A stretch of 64,000 nucleotides of DNA from Lysobacterales bacterium (GTDB lineage: Bacteria; Pseudomonadota; Gammaproteobacteria; Xanthomonadales; SZUA-5). A program made the translations under genes and the position numbers. Numbering within the stretch: the first letter of the stretch is position 1; every line of letters starts with the position of its first letter. The DNA lies in the NCBI GenBank assembly GCA_022841325.1, contig JALHRS010000008.1, positions 6,890 through 70,889 on the forward strand. Direction: 5' to 3'. Positions 48,946 through 57,673 of the stretch are shown piece by piece. Under the pieces are notes generated by a model that had not been told where the DNA came from, made no database searches, and saw nothing but the letters and a program-made list of their open reading frames with translations.

Positions 48946-48973
48946 GCTGTGCTCCGGAGATCTCGAAAAGGGG

Positions 48974-49981
48974 TTAGCGCGCCGCGCGCACTTCCTGTTG
49001 CAGGGGTTCCAGTCGCCGCGGCCAGTAATTGCCGCCCAGGGTCGAGGCGGCGCTGCGGGCGCCTTGCAGATCGGAGAAATCGCGCCACAACAGCAGCGAC
49101 CAGTCTTCTCCATGCCTGCGCAAGGACACGATGTAGGTGTCAGCGGCGGACAATCCAAGCTGGACGCGCACCGCATCGAAACCGGCGCTGCTGCGCGCGG
49201 CGGCCAGCTGGATGGTGTAGTACGTACCCGGCAGCGCCAGCAATTGCGCGGCACCCATGGCCTCAGCCTCGCTCGTGGCGGGCGCTGGTGCCGGTCGTGG
49301 AGCAGGCGTGGGTGTCGCGGTAGCTGCAGCCGACGGGGCGGCGGCGGGTGTTGGTTCTGCATCCGGTGCCGGCATTGGTTTCGGAGCCGGTGTCGGCGCG
49401 GCTGCAGACACCGCAGCGGGTGCCGGTGTGGCAACAGCCGACGGGGCGGCAGGTGCTGGTTCTGGATCAGGGGCTGGCGCCGGTGTCGGAGCTGGTGTTG
49501 GCGCAGCAGCAGTCACGGCAGCGGGTGTCGCTGGTGCTGCCGGAGCCGGTGTCGGAGCTGCAGCCGAGGCCGGCGCTGAAACAGCTGCCGGAGCCGGTGA
49601 CGGTGCGCTGACGGCAGCGGTTGGCGCCGGAGCCGCAACCGGTGCCGAAGGGGATGCGATCGCCGGCTCGGCGGACATCGGCCTGACCGGCGCCGGCGCC
49701 GGCGCAGCCGTGCCATAGCCCGACGCACCGGACACGGAGGGAATCCGGGACGGATCCACCAGGAAGGGCGGCGGTTCTGGCGGCCTGGCGCGCTGATGGG
49801 TACTGGGCAGCGCTCGCGGCGCAGGCGCATCGGCGCCCTTGCCGCAATCCCAGCTGCGGCCGTCGGCGGCGGGTACACAGACGATCTTCTCGGAATCGGC
49901 AGCACAAAGGCCCAGCGGCAGCAGCCACAGGGCCAGCAGCCAGACGGTGCTGCGCGAATCCCTGGCGCGGCGCTCAGTCAT
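48974..49981 (-). CDS. Exported SPOR-domain protein (DamX-like) with a Pro/Ala-rich linker
   Basis: Signal/TM, small [12 protein letters not shown] module, long PA linker, C-terminal YYTIQLAA...A..AAS.L...WPR SPOR pattern; start ATG 49981. Confidence 0.75.
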   Translation of the reverse strand: MTERRARDSRSTVWLLALWLLPLGLCAADSEKIVCVPAADGRSWDCGKGADAPAPRALPSTHQRARPPEPPPFLVDPSRIPSVSGASGYGTAAPAPAPVRPMSAEPAIASPSAPVAAPAPTAAVSAPSPAPAAVSAPASAAAPTPAPAAPATPAAVTAAAPTPAPTPAPAPDPEPAPAAPSAVATPAPAAVSAAAPTPAPKPMPAPDAEPTPAAAPSAAATATPTPAPRPAPAPATSEAEAMGAAQLLALPGTYYTIQLAAARSSAGFDAVRVQLGLSAADTYIVSLRRHGEDWSLLLWRDFSDLQGARSAASTLGGNYWPRRLEPLQQEVRAAR

Positions 49982-50249
49982 ACATCGCGCGTCCGCTGCC
50001 GGGTTCTTCGGCACCCTGGCTGAACATGACTTTCAAACCCTTCTTCAGCTGCTGGTCGCGGGCCTTGATCATGGCTTCCTGGGCCGTTTCCAGGTCCAGG
50101 AATTGCTCCCGCCGCAGCGAGCCGCGAGCGCCCTGTTGCCCGGTTTCCTTGATCAGCGTCCATCCTCCCAGCAGATCCTGCTGCAGGACCAACTGGAAAT
50201 ATCGCTGTGGCTCGGCCGTGCCGGGCAGGGATTGCATGAAGATTCGCAT
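49974..50249 (-). CDS. WGR domain protein
   Basis: MRIFMQ...RYFQLVLQQDLLGGWTLIKETGQQG...KKG; follows aroB as in Xanthomonadales. Confidence 0.85.
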   Translation of the reverse strand: MRIFMQSLPGTAEPQRYFQLVLQQDLLGGWTLIKETGQQGARGSLRREQFLDLETAQEAMIKARDQQLKKGLKVMFSQGAEEPGSGRAMYD

Positions 50250-50318
50250 GCGACGGAGTCTAGCCGATGCCTGCAATGGCGCGCATGGATCGCGTCAAGG
50301 CTTTGCCGCGAACCCGTT

Positions 50319-51401
50319 TCAAGGCTGCTCCGCCAGGCTGGCTTTGATTTCGGCAGCATCCACGCCATCGGCGATCTCGGCACGGCCCACGCCGCGCCAC
50401 AGAATCAGCCGCAGACGATCACTCAGGGTCTTCTTGTCCAGACGCATCAGTTCCAGCATCCGCTCGGGTGAGGCTTCAGAGGGGCGTGCCGTCGGCAGGC
50501 CGAGCTGATCCAGAAGTCGCCGCAAGCGTTCGCTGTCAGCTGCATCGGCCCAGCCCAGGCGGGCGCTGAGCCGCGCCGCCATGACCATGCCGATGGCGAT
50601 GGCCTCGCCGTGCAACAGCGTCTGGTATTGACCGATGGTCTCCAGCGCATGGCCGTAGGTGTGCCCGAAATTCAGCAGGGCACGCTCGCCCGATTCGCGT
50701 TCATCCCGAGCGACAATCGCGGCCTTGTGACTGCAGCTGCGCAATACCGCCTCGGCCACCAGCGTTTCATCCCGCAGCCGCAGACCCTCGGCATGGTCCT
50801 CCAGCCAGGCCAGAAATTCGGCATCGCCGAGCGCGCCGTATTTCACGACTTCAGCCATGCCGGCCCGGAACTCGCGTTCGGGCAGGGTGCTCAGCGTGGA
50901 GATGTCGGCCAGCACCAGACGTGGTTGCCAGAAGGCGCCGACCAGATTCTTGCCCTGGGCCAGATTGACGCCGGTCTTGCCGCCGACCGAGGAATCGACC
51001 ATGGCCAGCAGCGTCGTCGGTATCTGCACGAAATCGATGCCGCGCATCCAGCAAGCTGCGGCAAAGCCGCCCATGTCACCGATGACGCCGCCACCCAGCG
51101 CAATCAGGGTGGCGTTGCGCTGGGCACCCATCTCCGCCAGCGCCTGCCAGATCAATGATGCCGATTCGATGGTCTTGTGGCGCTCACCGTCCGGCAGCAG
51201 CAGCGTCGAATAGCGCAATCCCTGCAGCGCCGCTTCCACCCGGGCGGCGTACAGCGGCGCCACCGTGGTGTTGCTGAGCAGCAGGACCTGGCGTCCGGCT
51301 ATGGCGCTGCGCAGCTGGCTCGGATCGGACAGCAGGTCCGTGCCGATGCGAATGGGGTAACTGCGTTCGCTCAGCGCTACCGTCAATTCCTGAACACTCA
51401 T
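50319..51401 (-). CDS. aroB: 3-dehydroquinate synthase
   Basis: LPDGE..K, ALGGGVIGD, PTTLLAMVDSSVGGKTG, LLNFGHTYGHA, LHGEA. Confidence 0.97.
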   Translation of the reverse strand: MSVQELTVALSERSYPIRIGTDLLSDPSQLRSAIAGRQVLLLSNTTVAPLYAARVEAALQGLRYSTLLLPDGERHKTIESASLIWQALAEMGAQRNATLIALGGGVIGDMGGFAAACWMRGIDFVQIPTTLLAMVDSSVGGKTGVNLAQGKNLVGAFWQPRLVLADISTLSTLPEREFRAGMAEVVKYGALGDAEFLAWLEDHAEGLRLRDETLVAEAVLRSCSHKAAIVARDERESGERALLNFGHTYGHALETIGQYQTLLHGEAIAIGMVMAARLSARLGWADAADSERLRRLLDQLGLPTARPSEASPERMLELMRLDKKTLSDRLRLILWRGVGRAEIADGVDAAEIKASLAEQP

Positions 51402-51952
51402 GCAGCGGGCTCCTGGCTGGCGTCGTGATTCTGCAGATGCCGATGCAGGGCGGCGAGCGTGCGCCGGGCGGTAGACCCGGGCCCGGAGCGATCGGCGGCG
51501 ATGGTGAGATCGGCCAGGCTGCGGTAGATCGGATTTCGCGTCTGCGCCAGATTCTGCAATCGCTGCGAGCGATCCGCCGCCTGCAGCAGCGGCCGGCTGC
51601 GATCGCGTGAAAGCCGCTCCAGTTGCAGCTCCACCGGTGCCTCCAGATAGATCACCAGGCCACGCTGGCGCAGCAGTTGCTGGCTGCTCGGGTCGAGCAC
51701 GCTGCCGCCGCCGGTCGCCAGCACAATGCCTTCGAGCTCGGTCGCCCGCGCCAGTGCCGCTGCTTCGCGCTGCCGGAAGGCCGCTTCTCCCTCGATCTCG
51801 AACAGCAGGGCAATGCTGCTGCCGGTTTCGGTTTCGATCATCTGGTCCAGATCGACAAAACGCAGGTCCAGATGACGCGCAAGACGGCGACCGACAGTGC
51901 TCTTGCCAGCTCCCATCGGACCGATCAGAAACAGGTTTCGGCGTGTGCTCAT
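51398..51952 (-). CDS. aroK: Shikimate kinase
   Basis: GPMGAGKS P-loop, DLD, EGEAAFR..E, ATGGG, RPLL. Confidence 0.96.
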   Translation of the reverse strand: MSTRRNLFLIGPMGAGKSTVGRRLARHLDLRFVDLDQMIETETGSSIALLFEIEGEAAFRQREAAALARATELEGIVLATGGGSVLDPSSQQLLRQRGLVIYLEAPVELQLERLSRDRSRPLLQAADRSQRLQNLAQTRNPIYRSLADLTIAADRSGPGSTARRTLAALHRHLQNHDASQEPAA

Positions 51953-52202
51953 GGCGTCGATGCTAACCCGACCCGCCCGGCCTTGATCAGCTTGCGAACC
52001 CCAAGATATTGAAAAAGGCGGATTTTGCCAGCCAGGCGTGAAGTGGGAGCGCCAGATGCATGGGTACGAAAACGGCGGCGCGCAGGCAACCGCAAGCGGG
52101 AGGCGCTTCAGACCACGCGGCTGCGGCGACTCTCGTCCTGCACTTCTTCACATTTGATCCGCTAGACTGCCGCGCTTTGTCCGCTTGTGGTCATCCCTGC
52201 GC

Positions 52203-52718
52203 ATGGTTCGCTTCTTTCTGGTATTCCTTGGAGTGCTCGCCGCACTCTTCGCCTTTGAAGTCTCGAAGTTTGGTGAAACCTACTTCGTAGTGCCCTTTAC
52301 CGATGTTCTGGCGCAGATCAGTGCCTGGTTGATCAAGCTCTTCGACAGCGAGGTTCACAGCTACGGCAAGATCATCCAGAGCACTGCCAACGGCTTTGCG
52401 GTGTCGATCGAACGTGGCTGCAACGGCATCGAGGCCATCATCATCCTGGTGGCGGCCCTGGCGGCATTTCCTTCGACCTGGAAGCAGAAGCTGGCCGGGT
52501 TTGTGGTTGGCTTCTTCGCCATCCAGCTGTTGAACCTGGTGCGCATCATCAGCCTGTTCTACATGGGCCAGTGGAGCATGACCTGGTTCGAGTGGTTCCA
52601 TCTGTACCTGTGGCAGGCGTTGATCATCATCGATGCGCTGGTGGTCTGGTTGCTGTGGCTGCGCTGGATCTCGCGCGATCGTCGAAAGCCGGCGACGACA
52701 GGTCCGGTCGCGGCCTGA
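52203..52718 (+). CDS. xrtH: Exosortase H (IPTL-CTERM associated family)
   Basis: GFAVSIERGCNGIEA (Cys), LNLVRIISLFY (Arg), WFHLYLWQALI (His); short multi-TM protein; start ATG 52203. Confidence 0.85.
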   Translation: MVRFFLVFLGVLAALFAFEVSKFGETYFVVPFTDVLAQISAWLIKLFDSEVHSYGKIIQSTANGFAVSIERGCNGIEAIIILVAALAAFPSTWKQKLAGFVVGFFAIQLLNLVRIISLFYMGQWSMTWFEWFHLYLWQALIIIDALVVWLLWLRWISRDRRKPATTGPVAA

Positions 52719-52725
52719 AGCGAGC

Positions 52726-53574
52726 ATGCGTGCCCGGCGGGTGCTGATTGCCGGCTGTGGCGATCTGGGGACGCGCTCCGGCTTGCTGCTGCAGGATGCC
52801 GAGGTTCATGGCCTGCGTCGCAGCCCAGGGCATCTGCCAGCCGGCATTCGGCCGCTGAATGCCGATCTGGTGACGGGTACCGGTCTTGATGGCTTGCCGG
52901 TCGCCGTGGACACCCTGATCTACGCACCCACACCGGGCAATCGCAACGAAGCCAGCTACCGGGCCGTCTTTGTCGACGGTCTGGGGCGCCTGCTCGCGGC
53001 ACTGCCTGATCCCGACCCGGCGCTGAGACTGGTCTACGTGTCCAGCACTGCGGTGTACGCACAGAACGGCGGCGAGTGGGTGGACGAGCAGTCACCGGCC
53101 GAGCCGGACGCCTTCAATGGCAAGGTGCTGCTGGAGGGCGAGCAACAGGCGGCGGCGCTGGTGAGCGACTGTGTCTGCCTGCGCTTGTCGGGTCTGTACG
53201 GGCCGGGCAGACGCTGGTTGCTCAACCGGGTCCTGTCCGGCGAGCCTGTCGCCGCCGGTCTGCATTACAGCAATCGCATTCACATTGACGATGCTGCTGC
53301 CATGGTGGCATTGCTGGCACGGTCCGACTGCGTGCCCGAGCGAATCATCGGTGTCGACGATGAGCCTGCGCCCTTGTCGGAGGTCTTTGACTGGTTGGCG
53401 GCTGCGCTCGATTTACCACCATCGGCGCGACATGGCGACGCTGCCGATGTCAGCGGAAAACGGCTGCGCAATGATCTGGCTCACACCATCGGCTGGCGAC
53501 CCCGTTATGCTTCCTACCGGGACGGCTATACAGACGTCCTTACGACCAAACTTCAGGGCGGTTTGCCATCATGA
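52726..53574 (+). CDS. NAD-dependent epimerase/dehydratase (atypical SDR, YeeZ-like)
   Basis: VLIAGCGDLG, YVSSTAVY, LRLSGLYGPGR, NRIHIDDAA. Confidence 0.88.
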   Translation: MRARRVLIAGCGDLGTRSGLLLQDAEVHGLRRSPGHLPAGIRPLNADLVTGTGLDGLPVAVDTLIYAPTPGNRNEASYRAVFVDGLGRLLAALPDPDPALRLVYVSSTAVYAQNGGEWVDEQSPAEPDAFNGKVLLEGEQQAAALVSDCVCLRLSGLYGPGRRWLLNRVLSGEPVAAGLHYSNRIHIDDAAAMVALLARSDCVPERIIGVDDEPAPLSEVFDWLAAALDLPPSARHGDAADVSGKRLRNDLAHTIGWRPRYASYRDGYTDVLTTKLQGGLPS

Positions 53575-54161
53575 GTCTGCTGTTCGAAGCCTTCACCCAT
53601 TTTCGCGATCTGCAGGAGCGCGCCCGCGCCGCAGGTGATCCCGAACCCACGGCGATGACGCTTTCGACCGCCAACGGTCAGGGCCGGGTGTCGTCGCGTA
53701 CCGTGCTGCTGAAAGAGCTGGACGGCCGCGGCTTCGTGTTCTACACCAACTATGAAAGCAACAAGGGCCAGCAGATCCTGGCCCATCCGCAGTGCGCGCT
53801 GCTGTTCCTGTGGAAGACCCTGGACAAGCAGGTGCAGGTCAAGATCGAGGGACTGGCCGAGTCGGTGTCCCATTGCGAGGCCGATGCCTACTTTGCCTCG
53901 CGGCCGCGGCTGTCCCAGATCGGTGCCTGGGCTTCCAGGCAGTCGCGTGAGCTGGGCAGTCGCGAGGAGCTGATGGCCCGCGTGCGCGAGTTCGAACAGC
54001 GCTTCGAGGGACAGGATGTGCCGAGGCCGCCGCATTGGTCCGGTTTCCGCGTGGTGCCCGATATGGTCGAGTTCTGGTACGGCCAGGACTTCCGGCTGCA
54101 TGACCGGCTGCGCTATGAGCTCAAGGACGGCGTCTGGAGCAAGCGCGCGCTGTATCCCTGA
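53571..54161 (+). CDS. pdxH: Pyridoxamine 5'-phosphate oxidase
   Basis: EPTAMTLST, RTVLLK, FYTNYESNKG, YFASRP, SQIGAWAS.QS, PPHWSG, RLHDR. Confidence 0.97.
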   Translation: MSLLFEAFTHFRDLQERARAAGDPEPTAMTLSTANGQGRVSSRTVLLKELDGRGFVFYTNYESNKGQQILAHPQCALLFLWKTLDKQVQVKIEGLAESVSHCEADAYFASRPRLSQIGAWASRQSRELGSREELMARVREFEQRFEGQDVPRPPHWSGFRVVPDMVEFWYGQDFRLHDRLRYELKDGVWSKRALYP

Positions 54162-54233
54162 GGCGCCGAGCGCACAGGGCTGATCAGGCCCTGGCGCGGC
54201 GTGATCGTGGAACCGTGAGCCATCGAAACGGAC

Positions 54234-54314
54234 GTAGGCCGAGGGTGCCGCGCTGCGGCTCCCCGGCGCTTGTCGCATCACCGCCCGGAGAGCGCTGCGC
54301 GCACTTCGGGCTAC
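54234..54314. repeat. Degenerate GTAG REP doublet
   Basis: GTAGGCCGAGGGTGC...CCCCGGC ... GCCCGGAGAGCG...CACTTCGGGCTAC, inward-facing GTAG/CTAC ends. Confidence 0.6.
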
Positions 54315-54347
54315 ACCATGCCTGCTGCCCACGGGCCATGAAGCCCT

Positions 54348-54448
54348 GGCGTCATTGCGACCCCGGACTTGATCCGGGGGAAGCAATCCAGATGCACGGC
54401 CGCAGAAACACTGGATTGCTTCGTCGCTGCGCTCCTCGCAATGACGCC
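54348..54448. repeat. CGTC-type palindromic repeat
   Basis: GGCGTCATTGCGA...GAAGCAATCCAG...CTGGATTGCTTC...TCGCAATGACGCC. Confidence 0.85.
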
Positions 54449-54467
54449 TTTGTGAGAGTCTGCGCCA

Positions 54468-54516
54468 AGTCCCGAGTCCCGAGTCCCGAGTCCCGCGACT
54501 CGAGTCCCAAATCCCA
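54468..54516. repeat. Heptamer tandem repeat (AGTCCCG)n
   Basis: Four perfect and three degenerate units ending 20 bp upstream of the GTG at 54537. Confidence 0.85.
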
Positions 54517-54536
54517 ACCGACACCTCCGAATCGCC

Positions 54537-55349
54537 GTGACCGATCGCTACCCGCAACGCATCGTCTGCCTGACCGAAGAACCCACCGAGGTGCTCTATC
54601 GCATCGGTGAGCAGGATCGGATCGTCGGCATCTCCGGATTCACGGTACGGCCGCCGCAGGCCCGCCGCGAGAAGCCCAAGGTCTCGGCTTTCACCAGTGC
54701 GAAGATCGACAGGATCCTGGCGCTCGAACCGGATCTGGTGATCGGTTTTTCCGATATCCAGGCCGATATCGCCCGTGATCTGATCCGCGCCGGCGTCGAG
54801 GTCTGGATCAGCAATCACCGCTCGGTCGAAGGCATCCTGAACTACACGCTGCGGCTGGGCGCGCTGGTGGGCGCGCTCGCTCGTGCGCAGGCGCTGGTCG
54901 ACGAGATGCAGGCGGCCATCGACGCTGCCCGCAGCCAGGCCGCGACGCTGGCCAGACGACCGCGGGTGTACTTCGAGGAATGGGACGAGCCGCCGATGAC
55001 CGCGATTCAGTGGGTCTGCGAACTGATCCGCATCGCCGGAGGCGACGACCTGTTCCCCGAGCGCGCCGAGTGCAGTCTGGGGCGCGACCGGATACTGGCC
55101 GACGCCGATGAGGTGATCCGCCGTGCGCCGGACCTGATCATCGGCTCCTGGTGCGGCAAGAAATTCCGCCCCGACAAGGTTGCTGAACGCCCCGGTTGGG
55201 ACGAGATCCCGGCCGTCCGCAACGGCCGGGTCGCCGAGATCAAGAGTGCAGTGATCCTGCAGCCGGGGCCCGCGGCGATACTCGAAGGTTTGCCGCAGCT
55301 GGCGCGTTTGATTGCGGGGAAGTCGAAAGAGGTGGACGGTGATCGGTGA
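54537..55349 (+). CDS. Cobalamin-binding/BtuF-like helical-backbone binding protein
   Basis: PQRIVCLTEE.TE.LY, ILALEPDLV, RPRVYFEEWDEP, ILQPGPAA; no signal peptide seen. Confidence 0.85.
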   Translation: MTDRYPQRIVCLTEEPTEVLYRIGEQDRIVGISGFTVRPPQARREKPKVSAFTSAKIDRILALEPDLVIGFSDIQADIARDLIRAGVEVWISNHRSVEGILNYTLRLGALVGALARAQALVDEMQAAIDAARSQAATLARRPRVYFEEWDEPPMTAIQWVCELIRIAGGDDLFPERAECSLGRDRILADADEVIRRAPDLIIGSWCGKKFRPDKVAERPGWDEIPAVRNGRVAEIKSAVILQPGPAAILEGLPQLARLIAGKSKEVDGDR

Positions 55350-55368
55350 AACGTGAAGGAAGCACCTT

Positions 55369-55623
55369 GGCGTCATTGCGAGGAACGCAGTGACGAAGCA
55401 ATCCAGGAACTTGCGACCAGCTCCAGAATCACATCGCAGCGCTCGCAATGAACCCATCTCGTAAGTTCTTGATTTGCTGTTGTAGGTCACGTTGCTCGCG
55501 TAGCGAGCTACGTGACGAAATTCGATGTCACGTAGTCCGCTGACGCGGACAACATGACCTACGACGGCGAGTTCATGTTCCGTCGGTAGTGTCGTGCCGA
55601 TACAGATGGCTCGCAATGACGCC
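55369..55623. repeat. Composite CGTC-type element enclosing a GTAG REPIN
   Basis: Perfect 14-bp inverted ends GGCGTCATTGCGAG / CTCGCAATGACGCC; extra arm at 55442; REPIN GTAGGTCACGTTG...CAACATGACCTAC at 55482-55562. Confidence 0.8.
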
Positions 55624-55713
55624 GGTCAGGCCCGATTTCGCCGCTTCGGTTGACGTTTTCCCTTTGACGTTTTACTCCTCTCCCCATTCCCGCCGACTGC
55701 CATCTGGAAGCCC

Positions 55714-56565
55714 ATGAACCTCTGGCTGCTGCCCTCGCCATCGCAGATCAAGGCGCTCGATCTGCCGGGCTTCGAGACCCTGTGCCAGCGGGCAGACGCG
55801 CTGGCGGCGATCGAGCCTGGACTGGACGCAGCCTTGCGGGACGCCTTTGGCTGGTCTTCCGATCCGCCGTGGGCGGCGCTGTTGGCCGCGGCCGCAGCGG
55901 ATCCAGACCGGGCCTGGTTGCTGGCCGATCTGATCCACCTGCAGCCGGAAGTCAGCAGCGTACGGGTAATGGCACTGGCGGTGGACAGCGATCCGGAACA
56001 TCCGGACCTGGCAGCGCTGATCGAGGCCCTGCGCCCCTGGTTGGCAGATGAATCCATCGAAATTGCTGCCGTGCAGGGCGGTCGATTGTTGCTGCGCTGT
56101 CCGCAAGCCCTGGGAGATCCCGCTGCCGCGGCACCGGATGCGCTGCTGGGCAGTGATCTGCGTGGGCTGCTGCCGGCAGATCTGCGCTGGCAGCGGCGCA
56201 TCAACGAGCTGCAGATCGTTCTCACCCAGCAGAGCTGCAACGAGGCCCGCGTCGCTCGGCAGTTGCCGCCCTGGAACTGCCTGTGGTTCTGGGGTCACGG
56301 TGTTGCCTCCGCCGCCCCGCCACTGGCCATCACCCGGTTGGCGTCGCGTGACCCGCTGCTGCTGGCGCTGGCGCGCGGTGCAGGGCTGCAGACCCTTGAT
56401 GTGGAAGAGTTGACCGCGGAGCCCACGCTACGCGACGTCCGTGATCCACGGCAGTTGCAGCGGCTGTGGCAGGCCGGCATCCGTCCGGGCCAGGCGCTGC
56501 TGCGCTGCGCGGATGGCAGCGGCTGGCGTGTGCGGCCGTCGCCGTGGTGGAAGTTCTGGCAGTAG
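55714..56565 (+). CDS. RpfE-like / cofactor-independent phosphoglycerate-mutase-like protein
   Basis: WLLADLIHL, PDALLG.DL..LLP..RWQRRINELQIVL, N.AR....PWNCLWFWGHG. Confidence 0.65.
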   Translation: MNLWLLPSPSQIKALDLPGFETLCQRADALAAIEPGLDAALRDAFGWSSDPPWAALLAAAAADPDRAWLLADLIHLQPEVSSVRVMALAVDSDPEHPDLAALIEALRPWLADESIEIAAVQGGRLLLRCPQALGDPAAAAPDALLGSDLRGLLPADLRWQRRINELQIVLTQQSCNEARVARQLPPWNCLWFWGHGVASAAPPLAITRLASRDPLLLALARGAGLQTLDVEELTAEPTLRDVRDPRQLQRLWQAGIRPGQALLRCADGSGWRVRPSPWWKFWQ

Positions 56566-56572
56566 CTTATCT

Positions 56573-56612
56573 GGTTGTCGGTTGTCGGTTGTCGGTTGTC
56601 GGTTGTCGGTTG
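56573..56612. repeat. Heptamer tandem repeat (GGTTGTC)5
   Basis: Five perfect copies plus a partial copy. Confidence 0.9.
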
Positions 56613-56634
56613 GGGGTGGCGTCACCCGGCTGTT

Positions 56635-56703
56635 GTAGGTCCAGACTTGTCTGGACGCTTCTCCAACACGGACCATAGAGCGTCCAGACAAGTCTGGACC
56701 TAC
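56635..56703. repeat. Perfect GTAG REPIN doublet
   Basis: GTAGGTCCAGACTTGTCTGGACG-spacer-CGTCCAGACAAGTCTGGACCTAC. Confidence 0.88.
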
Positions 56704-56725
56704 CAGAGCCGTGGCGTTCCGTTCC

Positions 56726-57535
56726 TCAGCGCCCCACGAACTTCGGCTCGCGTTTCTCCATGAAGGCGCGCATGGCTTCGGCGAAGTCTTCGGATTGCAG
56801 CAGCAGCGCATTGCGGGTGGCGGCGGCGCGGTTGCCGGCGGCGACCTCGGCCTCGATGCGCTCGTTCATCGTGCGCTTGACGCCGGCCACGACCAGGGGC
56901 GGGTTGGCGCCGATGCGGCTGGCCAGACTGTAGGCGGCTTCGAGCATGTGTTTGGCGTCAGGGTCTATGCGCGTGAGCAAACCGATGCGCTGCGCCTGTT
57001 CGGCGTCGAAATCCTCGCCGGTGAGCGCGATCTGGCGGGCCCAGCCCTCGCCGACCAGGTGCGGCAGGCGTTGAATGCCGCCGAGATCGGAGACGATGCC
57101 GACCTTGATTTCGCGCAGGGCAAAGCGGGCACGTGCGGTGGCCACACGGATGTCGCAGGCCGCGATCAGCTCGATGCCGGCGCCGATGCACCAGCCGTCG
57201 ATGGCGGCAATCATCGGCAGGTGGCTGGCGGCAATGGCAGCGAATCCCTGATGCATGCGCACCGCCTTGTCGATGATCTGGCAGCGGCCGGGCGCACCAT
57301 CGCCCAGCATGGCACCCATTTCCGCAGCCATCGCCGGAAGATCCAGCCCGTAGCTGAAGTGCTCGCCAGAGCCGCGGATGATGACCGCACGCAGTGCCGG
57401 ATCCGACTCCAGTTCAGCGATGGCCGCGGGCAGTTCCTTCCAGAAGTCCGGGCCCATGGCATTGCCGCGCCCGGGGCCGATCAGTTCCAGCTCGGCTACG
57501 GCATCGGCGTTCTTGTGTATTTGCAGGGATTTCAT
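56726..57535 (-). CDS. Crotonase/enoyl-CoA hydratase family (dienoyl-CoA isomerase-like)
   Basis: [48 protein letters not shown]. Confidence 0.92.
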   Translation of the reverse strand: MKSLQIHKNADAVAELELIGPGRGNAMGPDFWKELPAAIAELESDPALRAVIIRGSGEHFSYGLDLPAMAAEMGAMLGDGAPGRCQIIDKAVRMHQGFAAIAASHLPMIAAIDGWCIGAGIELIAACDIRVATARARFALREIKVGIVSDLGGIQRLPHLVGEGWARQIALTGEDFDAEQAQRIGLLTRIDPDAKHMLEAAYSLASRIGANPPLVVAGVKRTMNERIEAEVAAGNRAAATRNALLLQSEDFAEAMRAFMEKREPKFVGR

Positions 57536-57673
57536 CGGAGTCGGCCAAGCCTAATGGGAGCTTAACGATACTGCTGGATGAACGAGCTTGCCGCATTTGT
57601 AGTCGGTTTTGGTCAATGGAGTGCAGGCTAGACTGCGCCCCCCTGGAGACTTGGACCCCTGCACGGCGTGCCC

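Noticed and set aside
48946-49434. Long N-terminal extension of HemE
   Set aside because: Alternate frame of the SPOR gene; HemE homology starts at 48945
54215-54610. 131-aa ORF between pdxH and the BtuF-like gene
   Set aside because: Consists of translated REP, CGTC and heptamer repeats
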